A stretch of DNA of 64,000 bases from Polyangiaceae bacterium (GTDB lineage Bacteria > Myxococcota_A > Polyangia > Polyangiales > Polyangiaceae). The stretch lies in assembly GCA_033763455.1 (NCBI GenBank), contig JANRKO010000033.1:198002-262001 (forward strand), in the 5' to 3' direction. The translations under genes and the position numbers were made by a program. Below the pieces are notes generated by a model. It was not told the DNA's origin and ran no database searches. It saw nothing but the letters and a program-made list of their open reading frames with translations. Within the stretch, counting starts at the first letter, position 1, and every line of letters starts with the position of its first letter. Positions 50,537 to 61,401 of this stretch are shown here, piece after piece.

Positions 50537-51500
50537 ACTATCTCCTTCCGATCTAAAATCAATTCTCCACTCTAAGCGCGCGAATCTGTATTACCTTGAG
50601 CATTGCCGCGTGTTGGTGAATGGGGGGCGCGTGGAGTATGTTACCGAGCAGGGGAGCAAATCGCTCTACTGGAACATTCCGATTGCTAACACCACCAGTA
50701 TTCTGCTCGGTACGGGCACTTCAGTCACGCAAGCAGCTATGCGAGAGCTTGCGAAGGCAGGCGTTCTCGTTGGTTTCTGCGGAGGCGGCGGTACGCCCTT
50801 GTTCAGCGCGAACGAGGTAGATGTGGAATTCGCCTGGTTCACGCCGCAGAGCGAATACCGCCCAACCGAGCACTTGCAGCGCTGGGTGCACTTTTGGTTT
50901 GACGCCTCCGCGAGGTTGGAAGCCGCCAAGCTACTGCAGCGTGCCCGCTTGAACTTTGTCGCCAAGCACTGGCTTGCGGACCGTTCGTTTACACAGCGCA
51001 GCGCCGAGGCAACGGAGCGGTCACTGTTGCCTCTCCTTGAAGAAACAAGCCACGCTGTTGACGCCGCTGGGGATGTGACGTCTCTGCTTACGGTCGAGGC
51101 ACGCCTGACTAAGGCTCTTTACAAGTTGGCCGCTACAGCCACTCGATTCGGGGAATTCACCCGAAGCAAGAACGGCGCGGGGGGCGATCCTGCGAACCGT
51201 TTCCTGGATCATGGAAACTACCTGGCTTACGGTTTGGCTGGAACAGCCACCTGGGTGCTGGGGCTTCCGCATGGCTTAGCCGTCATGCATGGTAAGACGC
51301 GGCGGGGAGGCTTGGTGTTCGACGTAGCAGATCTGGTGAAGGACGCGTTGGTGCTGCCCCAAGCCTTCGTTTCTGCAGCACGAGGCGACGAAGATCAAGA
51401 ATTTCGTGTGGCTTGCCTGGACAAACTCACGCGCGCTGAAGCTCTCGATTTCATGATTGATACGCTCAAGGATGTGGCTTTGAGCGTGGGGCAATCCTGA
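50529..51500 (+). CDS. cas1f: Type I-F Cas1
   Basis: SDLKSILHSKRAN.YYLEHCRV, YWNIPIANT, RFLDHGNYLAYG and HGKTRRGGLVFDVAD. Confidence 0.97.
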   Translation: MDELSPSDLKSILHSKRANLYYLEHCRVLVNGGRVEYVTEQGSKSLYWNIPIANTTSILLGTGTSVTQAAMRELAKAGVLVGFCGGGGTPLFSANEVDVEFAWFTPQSEYRPTEHLQRWVHFWFDASARLEAAKLLQRARLNFVAKHWLADRSFTQRSAEATERSLLPLLEETSHAVDAAGDVTSLLTVEARLTKALYKLAATATRFGEFTRSKNGAGGDPANRFLDHGNYLAYGLAGTATWVLGLPHGLAVMHGKTRRGGLVFDVADLVKDALVLPQAFVSAARGDEDQEFRVACLDKLTRAEALDFMIDTLKDVALSVGQS

Positions 51501-51501
51501 C

Positions 51502-54500
51502 ATGAACGTCCTTATCGTGTCCCAGTGCGACAAGCGAGCCCTCCCCGAAACGCGACGGATTCTGGATCAGTTCGCCGAGCGTCGAGGCAACCGCACCTGG
51601 CAAACACCCATCACCCAGGCTGGCCTGGACACATTGCGCAAGATGTTGCGGCGGAGTGCGCGGAAGAACACAGCTGTAGCGTGCCATTGGATTCGGGGAC
51701 GAGATCACAGCGAGTTGGTGTGGGTTGTCGGAAATGCGGGGCGGTTCAATGAAGTAGGCGCGGTCCCGACCAATACCACTGAGCGTGATGTTCTAAGAGG
51801 CAGGCACGAGAACGACTGGCTAACCGGGGAAGAGATTCGCCTTCTGGCCGTTATGGCCTCCCTGTTCCATGATTTTGGAAAGTCCAGTCAAGCCTTTCAA
51901 ACCAAGCTCACCGCTTCACCAGGGCAAGCGATTGCGGATGCTTATCGGCACGAATGGGTTTCCTTACGCCTGTTCGAGGCATTCGTCGGGACTGATGACG
52001 ATTCTGGGTGGCTCACACGCCTCGTTCAATGCGACGAGAACGCGTCCGCGGATTGCCTGAGTCGCCTGGCCCGTGACGACCAGAAGGGTTGCCGATCTCC
52101 ATTTTCGGAGGGCAGGCTTCCCCCGCTCGCACAAGCGGTGGGTTGGCTCGTGGTCAGCCATCACCGGTTGCTCTTGCCACAGAGCGACGCAAGGGTTGGC
52201 ACACTGCGAGCACTACTCTCCCCTGTCTTGGCGAACTGGAACGGAGCTCGGGAAGGCGCTTCGGATCAGGAAAAACGAGATTGTTGGCACTTTCCACGAG
52301 GTTTGCCTTTCGCAAGTCGTGATTGGCGCGCCCGTGCGAGCAAGTGTGCCCGAGACATGCTTTCTCTCCCCGTGTTCGTGGAGAGAGCCCCCAAGCTGCT
52401 GGATGACCATTACACAATGCATCTCGCACGCGCGTCGTTGATGCTCGCGGATCATCATTACTCCAGCGGCCCATCCGAAACGCGTTATGGAGATGCAGCG
52501 TTTCCGCTCTACGCAAATACAGACCGCAAGACGGGCCAACTCAAGCAGAGATTGGATGAGCACTTAGTTGGCGTATCGCGATTCGCTCGCCGCGTTGTGC
52601 TCGCTCTGCCACGACTGGAGCGCGAATTGCCTAGAATCGCCCGCGCAAAAGCCTTCAAGAGGCGCTCTACTGACGAGAGATTCCGGTGGCAAGACAAGTC
52701 GTATGATCTTGCTTGCGGTGTCCGACAACACTCCTTGGAGCACGGTTTCTTCGGTGTGAATATGGCATCCACGGGTTGTGGCAAGACGCTGGCGAACGGA
52801 AGAATCGTCTACGCGCTCGCTGATCCCGCGATGGGCGCACGCTTCACCGTTGCTCTCGGCCTACGAACGCTGACGCTGCAGACCGGAGAGGCATATCGAA
52901 AGCGCCTTCACTTGGGTGATGACGATCTTGCGGTATTAGTTGGAGGCGGTGGCGTGCGTCAGCTGTTTGAAATGGGAAACGGCGGCGCACGTGGCTCCTG
53001 GGAACGTCATGGGAGCGAGTCGGCAGAGGAGCTCCTCAGTGACGACAGCTATGTTCACTTTGAAGGCAGCCTGACTGACGGCCCATTGAAAGACTATCTC
53101 TCAAAAGATCACGATACGATGAAGCTGCTCCAAGCGCCTGTCTTGTGCTGCACCATCGACCACCTCGTACCAGCTACAGAGAGCCTCCGGGGTGGCCGAC
53201 AGATTGGGCCAATGTTGCGCTTAATGAGCTCTGATCTGGTTTTGGATGAGCCGGATGACTTTGATGTGGCGGATCTTCCGGCGCTCAGCCGCTTGGTGCA
53301 CTGGGCAGGCATGTTGGGGAGTCGGGTGCTGCTTTCTTCGGCAACTCTACCCCCCTCGCTTGTTGAGGGCCTGTTTGAAGCGTACCGCGCAGGGCGCGCG
53401 AGCTTTCAAAGCGTACGCGGCGCGCCGGGGCGTGCCCTAAGCGTTTCCTGCGCTTGGTTCGATGAATATCGGTGCGAGTCTAGCCAATTCGGCAATTCAG
53501 CCGACTTCAGACAAGGGCACAATCAGTTCGTGGATCGCAGGCTGAGCAGCTTGCGTGAAGCGGCGCCTCGCAGGAAGGTTGAGCTAGTTGTGGTGAAGAG
53601 TGCCACGACCGAACGAGACGGGATTTGCACGGAACTAGGCCAACAGCTGGTGCCCTACATCACCGAGCTTCACAGGAGGCACCATACCGTGGACCCGATG
53701 AGCGCTAAACGCGTGAGTTTTGGGCTGATACGTATGGCCAACATCGAGCCATTGATTCGAGTAGCTCAGGCGCTTTGTTCGCAAGAGTTCGACCGCCACC
53801 GGCTCCATCTTTGCGTCTATCATTCGCACCACTTACTTCTGGTGCGCGCGGGGATCGAGCGAACGCTGGACAAAGTATTGCAGCGAAGCCAAGAACTTGC
53901 AGTCTTCGAAGAGCCGGAAATTCGCGCAGCTCTAGACGCGGACGGCCCTTGCGATCAGGCATTTGTGGTAATCGCATCACCTGTTGCGGAGGTAGGACGA
54001 GATCATGATTACGACTGGGCAATCGTAGAACCGTCTTCCATGCGGTCCATTATTCAGCTCGCCGGACGGGTTCGACGTCATCGCCCGGGCGGCTGCACCG
54101 AGCCGAATATGATGGTGTTCCACAAGAACGTGAAGGCGTTAGCCAATAGGCTCCCCGCGTATTGCAGGCCCGGGTTTGAGTTGGAGGGCTTGATGCTCAA
54201 GACGCACGATTTGCGCGAGCTGTTGACGTCTGAGCAGCTTGATCCGCTGGACGCTTCTTCACGCATCCGTGAACGCATCACACTAGACTATGAGAAGAAC
54301 CTGGTTGACCTCGAACAACAGAGGTTACGCATGATGATGCTAGGGTTGGGAGCATCTCCAACTGCCTTCTCGGTGCCCATGTGGTGGCAGACGCGAGCAC
54401 CTCTATCTGGCGTGCTCCAGCATGCGCAGCGCTTTCGTGCTGGGGAGCCAATGAGTGCATTCGCCCTCGTCCCGAACGAGGAAGGCGAGGAGTTTGGGTT

Positions 54501-54741
54501 CCAGAGTTGGGACAGGGAGTGGGCGAACGTTGGAAGTCAGTTCAAGGAAGTTGGTTTTCAGATGGGCCCACACGTCCGGCTGTGGGGTGCCCCTAACTAC
54601 CGCGATGAGCTGCTCCGCCTGGCCGAGGAGCTGGATATGGACCTTGTACGGTGCGCCCGGAGGTTCGGTCTGGTGCAGCTGCCGGAGCGAACGCAAGGGT
54701 GGTGGTACTGCTCAAGCCTGGGTTTTTGGGAACACGGTTAG
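51502..54741 (+). CDS. cas3f: Type I-F Cas2-Cas3 fusion helicase-nuclease
   Basis: Cas2 part (VSQCDKRAL..RRILDQFAER..TWQT.IT), HDFGK, MASTGCGKT, DEPD, SSAT and IQLAGRV.RHR. Confidence 0.97.
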   Translation: MNVLIVSQCDKRALPETRRILDQFAERRGNRTWQTPITQAGLDTLRKMLRRSARKNTAVACHWIRGRDHSELVWVVGNAGRFNEVGAVPTNTTERDVLRGRHENDWLTGEEIRLLAVMASLFHDFGKSSQAFQTKLTASPGQAIADAYRHEWVSLRLFEAFVGTDDDSGWLTRLVQCDENASADCLSRLARDDQKGCRSPFSEGRLPPLAQAVGWLVVSHHRLLLPQSDARVGTLRALLSPVLANWNGAREGASDQEKRDCWHFPRGLPFASRDWRARASKCARDMLSLPVFVERAPKLLDDHYTMHLARASLMLADHHYSSGPSETRYGDAAFPLYANTDRKTGQLKQRLDEHLVGVSRFARRVVLALPRLERELPRIARAKAFKRRSTDERFRWQDKSYDLACGVRQHSLEHGFFGVNMASTGCGKTLANGRIVYALADPAMGARFTVALGLRTLTLQTGEAYRKRLHLGDDDLAVLVGGGGVRQLFEMGNGGARGSWERHGSESAEELLSDDSYVHFEGSLTDGPLKDYLSKDHDTMKLLQAPVLCCTIDHLVPATESLRGGRQIGPMLRLMSSDLVLDEPDDFDVADLPALSRLVHWAGMLGSRVLLSSATLPPSLVEGLFEAYRAGRASFQSVRGAPGRALSVSCAWFDEYRCESSQFGNSADFRQGHNQFVDRRLSSLREAAPRRKVELVVVKSATTERDGICTELGQQLVPYITELHRRHHTVDPMSAKRVSFGLIRMANIEPLIRVAQALCSQEFDRHRLHLCVYHSHHLLLVRAGIERTLDKVLQRSQELAVFEEPEIRAALDADGPCDQAFVVIASPVAEVGRDHDYDWAIVEPSSMRSIIQLAGRVRRHRPGGCTEPNMMVFHKNVKALANRLPAYCRPGFELEGLMLKTHDLRELLTSEQLDPLDASSRIRERITLDYEKNLVDLEQQRLRMMMLGLGASPTAFSVPMWWQTRAPLSGVLQHAQRFRAGEPMSAFALVPNEEGEEFGFQSWDREWANVGSQFKEVGFQMGPHVRLWGAPNYRDELLRLAEELDMDLVRCARRFGLVQLPERTQGWWYCSSLGFWEHG

Positions 54742-54810
54742 GTATATGTCGAAAGAATACGAACGTCATGCATTTTACCAACATGGGCTCCGACTATTAG
54801 TGAGGGCGCG

Positions 54811-56103
54811 ATGAACGACGAGGAACAGGAAATTCGAGAAGCCATGCACGCGTTCGTCGCGGAGAGGCTAGCAACTAAGCTCGAAAAGCTGAAGGAGAGG
54901 GATGGGGCGAAGGCCGAGGAGCTCCAGAAGCAGTATGAGCCGCAAGCTTGGCTCGCTGACGCCGCAAATCGAGTCAAACAGATCCAGCTCGCCTCTCACA
55001 CGCTAAAGTCGATTCATCCGGATGCGCGCGGGACCAATCTACACGTGATCCAAGGAGACCCGGGGTTAGGTCTCGTTGGGACACACGGCGTCCGACACAG
55101 TCGCGTCAATGATGTCGTCGGAAATGCGGCAGCATTGGATGTCTACAAGTTTCTGAATGTGAGCGTCAATGGGAGAACGTTACTTGAACGGGCGTTTGAG
55201 CACGACGAAAGCTTCATTCGTGCCCTGTCCAGCAATCGTAAGGAAGCCCACGAGTGGTGCTCCGCATTTGCGAGTATAAGGGAAATCAAGGGGTCGGTTT
55301 CGTCGCACACGCTCGCCAAGCAACTCTATCTGCCCCTAGATGACGGCAACTACCACCTGTTAGCACCGCTGTTTCCAACATCACTGGTCCATGCAGCGTG
55401 GAGCCAAATGAAGGAAGATCGATTTGGAGACGGAGCCAAAGCCGCAAGGCAAGCCCGCAAGGACGGCAAGCCTCATGATCGGGGATTCCGGGAGTATCCC
55501 AACCTTGCGATTCAGAAGCTCGGCGGCACCAAACCCCAAAATATCAGCCAGCTCAACAGCGAACGCCATGGCGAAAATTGGATACTTCCATGCCTTCCCC
55601 CGGTGTGGAAGTCGCCTGAGGTGCGCGCCCCCTTGGGGATTACCTCCGTATTCGACGGAGCGTTCGGACGCCAGAAGGGCGTGCGGGCGTTGACGCGCTC
55701 CCTGCGCGATTTTCTGGAGGCCACGACGCACAACAATGCTGGGATCAGACGACACCGAGCTTCCTTGGTTCAGCAGATCTGCAAAGAGGCACTCGACTAC
55801 GCTGCGCGCTTGCGGCAGCTGCCTGCTGGCTGGACCAAGCACGAGCGATGTAGGCTCCATCCTGCAGAAAAGCTCTGGCTTGATCCCCTCTTCGTTCATG
55901 AGGATGAGCAGTTTAGAGCGGAGCGACGTGCGGGCGACTGGCTAGACGAAGTTGGCCGGCGCTTTGGCAACTGGCTCAATGCTAGCCTGGCTTCGAAGAA
56001 AGTCGCCCTCGGGGATGAAGAACACGCCCAGTGGACCGCCGATCTAGTGGGAGAGCTCGGTACGTTTCGCGAAATGATGGAGGCCGATGATGATTTACCC
56101 TGA
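54811..56103 (+). CDS. csy1: Type I-F Cas8f (Csy1)
   Basis: HPDARG, DVVGNAAALDV, HTLAKQLY and GGTKPQNISQLNSER. Confidence 0.96.
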   Translation: MNDEEQEIREAMHAFVAERLATKLEKLKERDGAKAEELQKQYEPQAWLADAANRVKQIQLASHTLKSIHPDARGTNLHVIQGDPGLGLVGTHGVRHSRVNDVVGNAAALDVYKFLNVSVNGRTLLERAFEHDESFIRALSSNRKEAHEWCSAFASIREIKGSVSSHTLAKQLYLPLDDGNYHLLAPLFPTSLVHAAWSQMKEDRFGDGAKAARQARKDGKPHDRGFREYPNLAIQKLGGTKPQNISQLNSERHGENWILPCLPPVWKSPEVRAPLGITSVFDGAFGRQKGVRALTRSLRDFLEATTHNNAGIRRHRASLVQQICKEALDYAARLRQLPAGWTKHERCRLHPAEKLWLDPLFVHEDEQFRAERRAGDWLDEVGRRFGNWLNASLASKKVALGDEEHAQWTADLVGELGTFREMMEADDDLP

Positions 56104-57091
56104 AGCACTTCTTTTGCTGCCACACTTGCTCGTGCAAAACGCCAACGCGATTGCCAGCCCGCTCACGTGGGGCTTCCCTTCGCCATCTGCGTTCACCGGG
56201 TTCGTCCACGCGCTCCAACGAAACGTGGCGAGCGACCTCAATGTCAAGTTTGAAGGTGTTGGAATCGTTTGCCACCACTTCGAGGCGCAAGCCTCCCAAC
56301 CGTCTGGGAAGCGGACCCGGGTATTTCACCTTACGCGCAACCCCGTGGGAAAAAGCGGCGAGACCTTGGCGATCGTCGAAGAGGGCCGCGCAAATCTAGA
56401 AATAAGCTTGCTCATAGGTGTTTCTGGGGCGGGCCTCGATGCGGGCATGCCGCGAGAGGAACTGGCCGCGCAAATCTGGGATTGCGCGATGAGCATGCGC
56501 ATTGCGGGAGGAAGTATTTGTCCGCCCACGCAAGTGCTCTCGAAATGGGAAAGGCCGCGAATCGATGATTGGCCTGGCACTCCTGCCGCAGAGCAGAAGC
56601 TGTCGCGCGCGATTGCCAGCCGCTTGCTCCCCGGATTCGCGATCGTGAGCCGCGAAAATCTACTGGCCCAACGCTTCGCTGAACTGCGCGCACTCGATGA
56701 TCGGGCGACGGAATTGGACGCCCTTCTTGACCTCACCAGCCTGTCCTATGATCCACCTCTCCCGTCGGGGGAGAGCGAGACAGCGAACGACCGAACGCCT
56801 CAATCCGGGTGGCACATTCGTTCAAAAGAGGGTTGGCTTGTTCCCATACCTGCTGGATATCAGGGAATTTCCGAGCTGTACCCGCCCGGGGTGGTCGAGA
56901 ACGTCCGCGACAGAAACACCCCGTTTCGCTTCGTCGAAGGGGTCTACTCGATTGGTCAGTGGCTCAGCCCGCATCGAGTCAAGGACGTTAGACAGCTCCT
57001 ATGGGTTCATCAAACTGATCTCGAGAAAGGCATCTATCGCTGGACCACGCCGCACTTTGCAGCTCTCAACGCATCAAAAGAAGGGAATTAA
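56087..57091 (+). CDS. csy2: Type I-F Cas5f (Csy2)
   Basis: [26 protein letters not shown] and [10 protein letters not shown]. Confidence 0.96.
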   Translation: MMIYPEALLLLPHLLVQNANAIASPLTWGFPSPSAFTGFVHALQRNVASDLNVKFEGVGIVCHHFEAQASQPSGKRTRVFHLTRNPVGKSGETLAIVEEGRANLEISLLIGVSGAGLDAGMPREELAAQIWDCAMSMRIAGGSICPPTQVLSKWERPRIDDWPGTPAAEQKLSRAIASRLLPGFAIVSRENLLAQRFAELRALDDRATELDALLDLTSLSYDPPLPSGESETANDRTPQSGWHIRSKEGWLVPIPAGYQGISELYPPGVVENVRDRNTPFRFVEGVYSIGQWLSPHRVKDVRQLLWVHQTDLEKGIYRWTTPHFAALNASKEGN

Positions 57092-57095
57092 TCAC

Positions 57096-58121
57096 ATGGC
57101 AAACAACGAGATATCTACAGCTTCCGTACTCGCCTTCGAGCGAAAACTCGACCCATCAGATGGGCTGTTTAGTGCAGGCAATTGGGCCGATAGGAAAAGC
57201 ACAAACTGGCCACCCGTCGCTGTGCGTGAGAAATCCGTCCGAGGAACTATTTCGAATAGGCTCAAAGCGAAAGACCAGGACCCCGCCAAGCTTGACGGAA
57301 AGATTCAGTCCCCAAATCTACAGCGAGTAGATGTTGCCACCCTGCCGCCGGACGCTGACACTCTTCGTGTCAAGTTCACTCTAAGAGTGCTAGGTGGCGC
57401 GGGGCATCCGTCGGCCTGCAATAGCGACGCATATCAGACGAAACTGCTTGATACCGTCAACGCGTATGTGAACTCACAGGGTTTCTCGGTGCTTGCCACG
57501 CGGTACGCCTTCAACCTTGCAAACGGCCGGTTCCTTTGGAGGAATCGTGTAGGCGCTGAGGCTGTGGAGGTCACGGTAACGCAACTCAAGGATGGGAAGG
57601 CTCAAGATGAGTGGTGCTTTGATTCGCTCAAAATCAGCCTCCGCGAGTTTACCGAGAACGCTGAGTTGAAGCGCCTCGCTTCAGCTATTGAAGGCGGATT
57701 GGCTGGGAGCAGCCACGTGTTGTTGCAGGTCGTGGCTCACGTTCGCATTGGTAACGGTCAGGAAGTGTTCCCGTCCCAGGAACTCATCCTGGATAAGGGT
57801 GACAAGAAGGGGCAGAAGAGCAAGACACTCTACACGGTGAGAGATGTCGCCGGGCTCCATTCTCAAAAAGTCGGAAACGCACTGCGCACCATTGACACTT
57901 GGTATCCGGATTCAGCCGAGCTTGGTCCCATCGCAATTGAGCCATACGGCTCGGTGACTTCGCTGGGCAAAGCCTATCGGCAGCCGAAGCAGAAAATGGA
58001 TTTCTATACTCTCCTGGATCGATGGGTGCTCAAAGGTGAATCACCACCACTGGAGCAACAGCATTATGTGATGGCCAACTTGGTTCGCGGCGGCGTGTTC
58101 GGAGAATCGGAGAAGGATTGA
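57096..58121 (+). CDS. csy3: Type I-F Cas7f (Csy3)
   Basis: [35 protein letters not shown] and RGGVFG. True start is MANN at 57096. Confidence 0.97.
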   Translation: MANNEISTASVLAFERKLDPSDGLFSAGNWADRKSTNWPPVAVREKSVRGTISNRLKAKDQDPAKLDGKIQSPNLQRVDVATLPPDADTLRVKFTLRVLGGAGHPSACNSDAYQTKLLDTVNAYVNSQGFSVLATRYAFNLANGRFLWRNRVGAEAVEVTVTQLKDGKAQDEWCFDSLKISLREFTENAELKRLASAIEGGLAGSSHVLLQVVAHVRIGNGQEVFPSQELILDKGDKKGQKSKTLYTVRDVAGLHSQKVGNALRTIDTWYPDSAELGPIAIEPYGSVTSLGKAYRQPKQKMDFYTLLDRWVLKGESPPLEQQHYVMANLVRGGVFGESEKD

Positions 58122-58125
58122 TCCA

Positions 58126-58686
58126 ATGGACCATTATTTGGATCTAAGGGTACTTCCGGACCCCGAGTTCCCGGCCTCACAGCTGATGAGCGCACTGTTC
58201 ATGAAGCTGCACCGGGTGCTGGCTCGAACCTCAGCAGGCAACATTGGCGTGAGCTTTCCAGCGGTGAACGAAGACGCTCCCCACCTTGGAAACACGCTAC
58301 GCCTGCACGGGACAGCTCAGGCCTTCGAACTTCTTATGCGTGAACCGTGGCTCACCGGTATGAGGGACCACATCAGCATTGGTGGAGTGGCGGCCGTTCC
58401 GTCCAATGTCGCGTATCGCCGCGTGCGCCGAGTGCAAGCGAAGAGCAATGTGGAGCGCGTTCGGCGGCGTCAGATGAAGCGCCATGGCTGGTCGGATGCG
58501 GAGGCCCGCGAGCGCATTCCCAGGACCGCCGAACGCACCCTCTCCCTGCCCTACTTGCAGCTGTATAGTGAAAGTACGGGTCACAAGTTCCCACTGTTCC
58601 TACGTCATGAAGCGGCTGAGAGCTCCACTCCGGGGGTGTTCAACGCCTACGGGCTCAGTGACACAGCCACGTTGCCCTGGTTCTGA
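58126..58686 (+). CDS. cas6f: Type I-F Cas6f (Csy4)
   Basis: DPEF..LM..LF.KLH, IGVSFP, Arg-rich helix, FNAYGLS and PWF. Confidence 0.97.
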   Translation: MDHYLDLRVLPDPEFPASQLMSALFMKLHRVLARTSAGNIGVSFPAVNEDAPHLGNTLRLHGTAQAFELLMREPWLTGMRDHISIGGVAAVPSNVAYRRVRRVQAKSNVERVRRRQMKRHGWSDAEARERIPRTAERTLSLPYLQLYSESTGHKFPLFLRHEAAESSTPGVFNAYGLSDTATLPWF

Positions 58687-58837
58687 CCCTTTTTCTTGTG
58701 CTCTCGACAAACGCCCCTTTTTCCTGGGTCCCTTCTAGCCTACGGGAAAAGGGGATTTTTCGTTTCTGCGGACCACGGACGCGCTACCTACCCGAACTTG
58801 CTGTAGATTTTCGAGCGGGCCAACTGCATTCTCGTTG
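58686..58837 (+). promoter_or_regulatory. CRISPR leader
   Basis: Non-coding stretch between cas6f and the first repeat, with the ACCCTTTTT...AAAAGGGG inverted motif typical of I-F leaders. Confidence 0.8.
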
Positions 58838-61327
58838 GTTCACTGCCGCACAGGCAGCTTAGAAAATGTTGAGCTCGACAAGGGCGAGATACCAATTGTT
58901 CACTGCCGCACAGGCAGCTTAGAAAAAGGAAGCGGCGCCCGAAGGCGAAACCCCCTAGTTCACTGCCGCACAGGCAGCTTAGAAATCGCGAACCACGCGC
59001 ACGTCGCGGTCAACCACGTTCACTGCCGCACAGGCAGCTTAGAAACATCCGCAACTGGGGCAAGCACCAGAAGATTGAGTTCACTGCCGCACAGGCAGCT
59101 TAGAAATACAAGCGAGCGCCAGACTGGGACCGCGAAGAGTTCACTGCCGCACAGGCAGCTTAGAAATACCGCGTCGAGCTCCCCACGGGCGCCGTCGTGT
59201 TCACTGCCGCACAGGCAGCTTAGAAAACCGGCATCTTGAAAGTCACGGTTCCAATGAGGTTCACTGCCGCACAGGCAGCTTAGAAAATCTCCGAGCAAGG
59301 GCGGGCCCCAAAGAACGAGTTCACTGCCGCACAGGCAGCTTAGAAAGCCCTCCTCAAGCGTTGCCGAAGCGTCGAGACGTTCACTGCCGCACAGGCAGCT
59401 TAGAAATGAGCGTCTTCAAGGCCCTGCCTGACAACATCGTTCACTGCCGCACAGGCAGCTTAGAAAGCGAGCGTGAGCCCGTCTCGGTTCTCCTTGCGGT
59501 TCACTGCCGCACAGGCAGCTTAGAAAAAGGGGTCGAAGGCAACCTTGCTGCACAAGGTGTTCACTGCCGCACAGGCAGCTTAGAAAATTGTGTGGGGAGC
59601 CATAATGGTGGCGGCTGCGTTCACTGCCGCACAGGCAGCTTAGAAACCGACGCGCGCGGGTTAGACGGTCTCGAAGTTCGTTCACTGCCGCACAGGCAGC
59701 TTAGAAAAAGAGGAAGCGGCGGAGGTGGCAGCGTGAGCCGTTCACTGCCGCACAGGCAGCTTAGAAAATTCAGCAGCTGGTTCGGGCTGCGGTGTGGAAG
59801 TTCACTGCCGCACAGGCAGCTTAGAAATTCATAGGCCGCTCGCGTGAGTGAGAATTTTGGTTCACTGCCGCACAGGCAGCTTAGAAACTAAAGGATTCCC
59901 AGTCCCCACCCCACTCAATGTTCACTGCCGCACAGGCAGCTTAGAAAATATGGGGAGGGCCGGGTCGTGAGCGTGACAAGTTCACTGCCGCACAGGCAGC
60001 TTAGAAATCTACCACCCGATAGTCGCACACACGCTTGAGGTTCACTGCCGCACAGGCAGCTTAGAAAGTATGGTGTAACCACACGCTCCACATTCTCCCG
60101 TTCACTGCCGCACAGGCAGCTTAGAAACACTCCAGGGAGCACTTGCGGGATGCGTCCTTGTTCACTGCCGCACAGGCAGCTTAGAAAGGACGCTCCGGAA
60201 TGCTACACCGGTCACACGCGTTCACTGCCGCACAGGCAGCTTAGAAAAAGTCGGTCCTCCGCTGATTGTCTATGGTTTCGTTCACTGCCGCACAGGCAGC
60301 TTAGAAAAGGGATGCTCGCGTTGCCGCATATTGGGACGGGTTCACTGCCGCACAGGCAGCTTAGAAAACCCACGAGCTAGCTCCGTCTGCACTACTTAAG
60401 TTCACTGCCGCACAGGCAGCTTAGAAAATGCGCCGTGGTGTTCTATCGGGCTTTACCATGTTCACTGCCGCACAGGCAGCTTAGAAAGTGCTGAGGTAGG
60501 GCGAGACAATCGCATTGAAGTTCACTGCCGCACAGGCAGCTTAGAAAGTGGAGGATGTGCGCTTTGCATGCACGCCCCTGTTCACTGCCGCACAGGCAGC
60601 TTAGAAAAGGAGATATTAGACTCCTTGCCACACATACTAGTTCACTGCCGCACAGGCAGCTTAGAAAACTAGGGTTGGGAAGTTCAACTTCCTTCACGAG
60701 TTCACTGCCGCACAGGCAGCTTAGAAAGTTTGCTGACGACCGCTACAGCGCCACCTACCGTTCACTGCCGCACAGGCAGCTTAGAAATGCGAGCGGTGCG
60801 GGCATACGTGGGAGGTGGAGTTCACTGCCGCACAGGCAGCTTAGAAATGGTAACCCGGATTGAGTTTCGGAAGGTGGAGGTTCACTGCCGCACAGGCAGC
60901 TTAGAAAAGTAGATGCTGGCGTGATCGGGCAAGCCCCGCGTTCACTGCCGCACAGGCAGCTTAGAAATTAAAGGGCTTGTCCGACTTCCACGCCCGTATG
61001 TTCACTGCCGCACAGGCAGCTTAGAAATAGCGGACCCAAGGGTCGGATGACACGGGTCCGTTCACTGCCGCACAGGCAGCTTAGAAAAGTGGTTATCGGC
61101 GTCACCCGAGCCCCAACACGTTCACTGCCGCACAGGCAGCTTAGAAAGTAGCGCTTGGGCGCGGGCTCTTTGCGGTTCAAGTTCACTGCCGCACAGGCAG
61201 CTTAGAAAGTGAAAAAGCTCTAGTTTGTCCGTGTCCATCTGTTCACTGCCGCACAGGCAGCTTAGAAAAATTGGGCGCGCTTGGCGTCCTTGGCTTCCTC
61301 GTTCACTGCCGCACAGGCAGCTTAGAA
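58838..61327 (+). CRISPR. Type I-F CRISPR array, leader-proximal part: 42 repeats and 41 spacers
   Basis: 28-bp repeat GTTCACTGCCGCACAGGCAGCTTAGAAA with 32-nt spacers (three of 33 nt). The 42nd repeat is cut after base 27 by IS66. Confidence 0.99.
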
Positions 61328-61401
61328 GTGACCCATCAGCGACGCCGGGATGATCTCTTCGCAACTTCGGTGCAGGCTCGCGGGCGAAGCGGAGGTGTTG
61401 A

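Noticed and set aside
54746..54814. 22-codon ORF overlapping the csy1 start (ATGA); possible CreTA-like element
   Set aside because: No clear RBS, no repeat-like sequence in the 69-bp gap and no recognisable motif.
58835..61186. ORFs with VHCRTGSLE, SLPHRQLR or FLSCLCGSE repeats
   Set aside because: They are translations of the CRISPR repeats, not proteins.
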